From assembly GCA_964016885.1 (NCBI GenBank), contig OZ024740.1, forward strand, positions 172,546,001-172,610,000: a stretch of DNA of 64,000 bases, given 5' to 3'. Positions within the stretch are counted from its first letter, which is position 1. Every line of letters starts with the position of its first letter. The translations under genes were made by a program, and so were the position numbers. This DNA is from Eledone cirrhosa (lineage: Eukaryota). The notes below the pieces were generated by a model that saw only the letters and a list, made by a program, of their open reading frames with translations, was not told the DNA's origin and made no database searches. Below are positions 62,676 through 64,000 of the stretch, in pieces.

Positions 62676-63060
62676 TTTTAAAACAATAGCGTAAGATCTT
62701 CAAAATGCTTTTAATTAAGCATACAGTGTATTGCAAAATACACTATATATACATTCATATATATATCACTATTTCAGAGCACCAATTCTAATTTTCAATT
62801 TTTGCTGGACCGGCAACCGCTCTGTATAATCAGTTCCTGATTATTACTGGAATTCTATAAGAATCCAATATTCATAATTTTCAACAAACAAAGGGAATGC
62901 TAAGCTCTGAGGAATATCAAAAGTATGCAACAGAGATCTGTCAGCTTATCTCTCTTTGTTGAAAAAAGAAGTAAGTGACATAGTCAGTACTTTAAAACAA
63001 TAGCGTAAGGTCTTCAAAATGCTTTTAATTAAGCATACAGTGTATTGCAAAATACACTAT
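62676..63060 (+). mobile_element. Family D pLTR-like element with terminal direct repeat
   Basis: TTTAAAACAATAGCGTAAG..GCAAAATACACTATA occurs at both 62677-62750 and 62991-63060. Hammerhead-like 62901-62948 reads TAAGCT CTGAGGA atatcaaaagtat GCAA CAGA ga TCTG TC AGCTTA, with GAAA changed to GCAA. Confidence 0.7.
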
Positions 63061-63154
63061 ATATATATATATATATAAGCAAGAAAGTGTTGGTAAAATC
63101 CAGTACTTCAGTATGCGGATAGGGAGCACTCAACGAAGATATAAGTTCCGGAGT

Positions 63155-63293
63155 TATAATTGTTTCTACTTTTGGCACAAGGCCAGCAATTATCTCAGTG
63201 TATTACTGGTACTTTATTTTATCGACCCCGTAAGGATGAAAGGCAAAGTTAACCTCGGCGGGATTTGAACTCAGTCCGTAAAGGGGCGTAACT
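63155..63293 (-). mobile_element. SINE S1, 5'-truncated, with TSD
   Basis: S1 tail, core and B-box, flanked by the direct repeat GTTCCGGAGTTATAAT (63145-63160 and 63294-63309). Confidence 0.88.
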
Positions 63294-63311
63294 GTTCCGG
63301 AGTTATAATAG

Positions 63312-63560
63312 TGACGAAACATAAGTCAATTGCATGAACTCATAATCCTTTATTTACTGCTATATATATTTCGATGATAGCCATTGAATGGATATGACCC
63401 AAGGCTCTGATACCATCAACACTATAAACACAGAGCTGGCATATCTAAGAACTGACTAACTGCCTGATGAGGTCATAGCCATTCAATGGCTATCATCGAA
63501 ATATATATAGCAGTAAATAAAGGATTATGAGTTGAGTTCATGCAATTGACTTATGTTTCG

Positions 63561-63562
<2 letters not shown>
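63312..63562. mobile_element. Family F fold-back pLTR-like element
   Basis: Left arm 63312-63399 is the inverse of about 63471-63562. Confidence 0.85.
63459..63514 (+). ncRNA. Type I hammerhead ribozyme (family F)
   Basis: ACTGC CTGATGA GGTcATAGCCAT tca ATGGCTATcATC GAAA TATATA TA GCAGT. It has an intact core, a 5-bp stem I, a stem II of about 11 bp and a palindromic stem III. Confidence 0.85.
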
Positions 63563-63596
<34 letters not shown>

Positions 63597-63706
63597 GGAA
63601 AAAGTTTAACCCCGACGGCAGAGTTCAAGCAGTTTCGACGGCTATTTAGTCCAGAAATAGCCGTCGAAACTGCTTGAACTCTGCCGTCGGGGTTAAACTT
63701 TTTCCT
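63597..63706. repeat. Perfect palindrome of family B type (about 52-bp arms, 7-nt loop) in (TA)n
   Basis: AGGAAAAAGTTTAACCCCGACGGCAGAGTTCAAGCAGTTTCGACGGCTATTT agtccag AAATAGCCGTCGAAACTGCTTGAACTCTGCCGTCGGGGTTAAACTTTTTCCT. Confidence 0.92.
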
Positions 63707-63765
63707 TATATATATATATAATGACGAAACATAAGTCAATTTCATGAACTCATAATCCTTTATTT

Positions 63766-63821
63766 ACTGCTATATATATTTCGATGATAGCCATTGAATG
63801 GCTATGACCTCATCAGGCAGT
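63766..63821 (-). ncRNA. Type I hammerhead ribozyme (family F), inverted copy
   Basis: Exact reverse complement of 63459-63514. Confidence 0.85.
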
Positions 63822-63823
63822 TA

Positions 63824-63946
63824 GTCGAAACGGCTTGAGCTCTGCCGTCGGGGTTAAACTTTTTCTTATTACCCACTCTACTACCCTAAGTATTGACTAC
63901 TTTGTTGCGTTATGGTCCATCTGGTTCCTTACCACACTTCCTTCGT

Positions 63947-63947
<1 letters not shown>
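63824..63947 (+). mobile_element. Family B 3' half fused to the inverted family F copy
   Basis: GTCGAAACGGC TTGAGCTCT GCCGTC GGGGTT..CTTACCACACTTCCTTCGT(TA)n. Confidence 0.75.
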
Positions 63948-63982
<35 letters not shown>

Positions 63983-64000
63983 GAATAGAAAACGAAAAAT

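Overview
AT-rich, microsatellite-saturated eukaryotic non-genic DNA. The SINE, LINE and microsatellite make-up resembles an octopus or other cephalopod genome (inference). I could not recognise any host exon, and most ORF-track entries are microsatellite artefacts or LINE antisense frames. Real coding content is all transposon-derived: one apparently intact R4/Dong-type RT+RLE LINE (58329-61721), a young 5'-truncated Tx1/L1-clade LINE (27600-29900), and fragments of R4, CRE, CR1, RTE, Penelope (GIY-YIG), mariner and Gypsy elements. Non-coding elements include about 20 tRNA-derived SINE copies, four non-autonomous Helitrons and several MITEs. The most interesting signal is a set of short non-coding elements, mostly fold-back, embedded in (TA)n tracts. 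Several unrelated families of these carry type I hammerhead ribozyme (HHR) motifs (CTGANGA-stem II-GAAA-stem III-NUH), some with covariation between copies. One family keeps only the 3' half of the ribozyme, mirrored on both strands. They look like Penelope-derived pseudo-LTR (pLTR) or retrozyme-like mini-elements. All coordinates were read by eye and may be off by a few bases.
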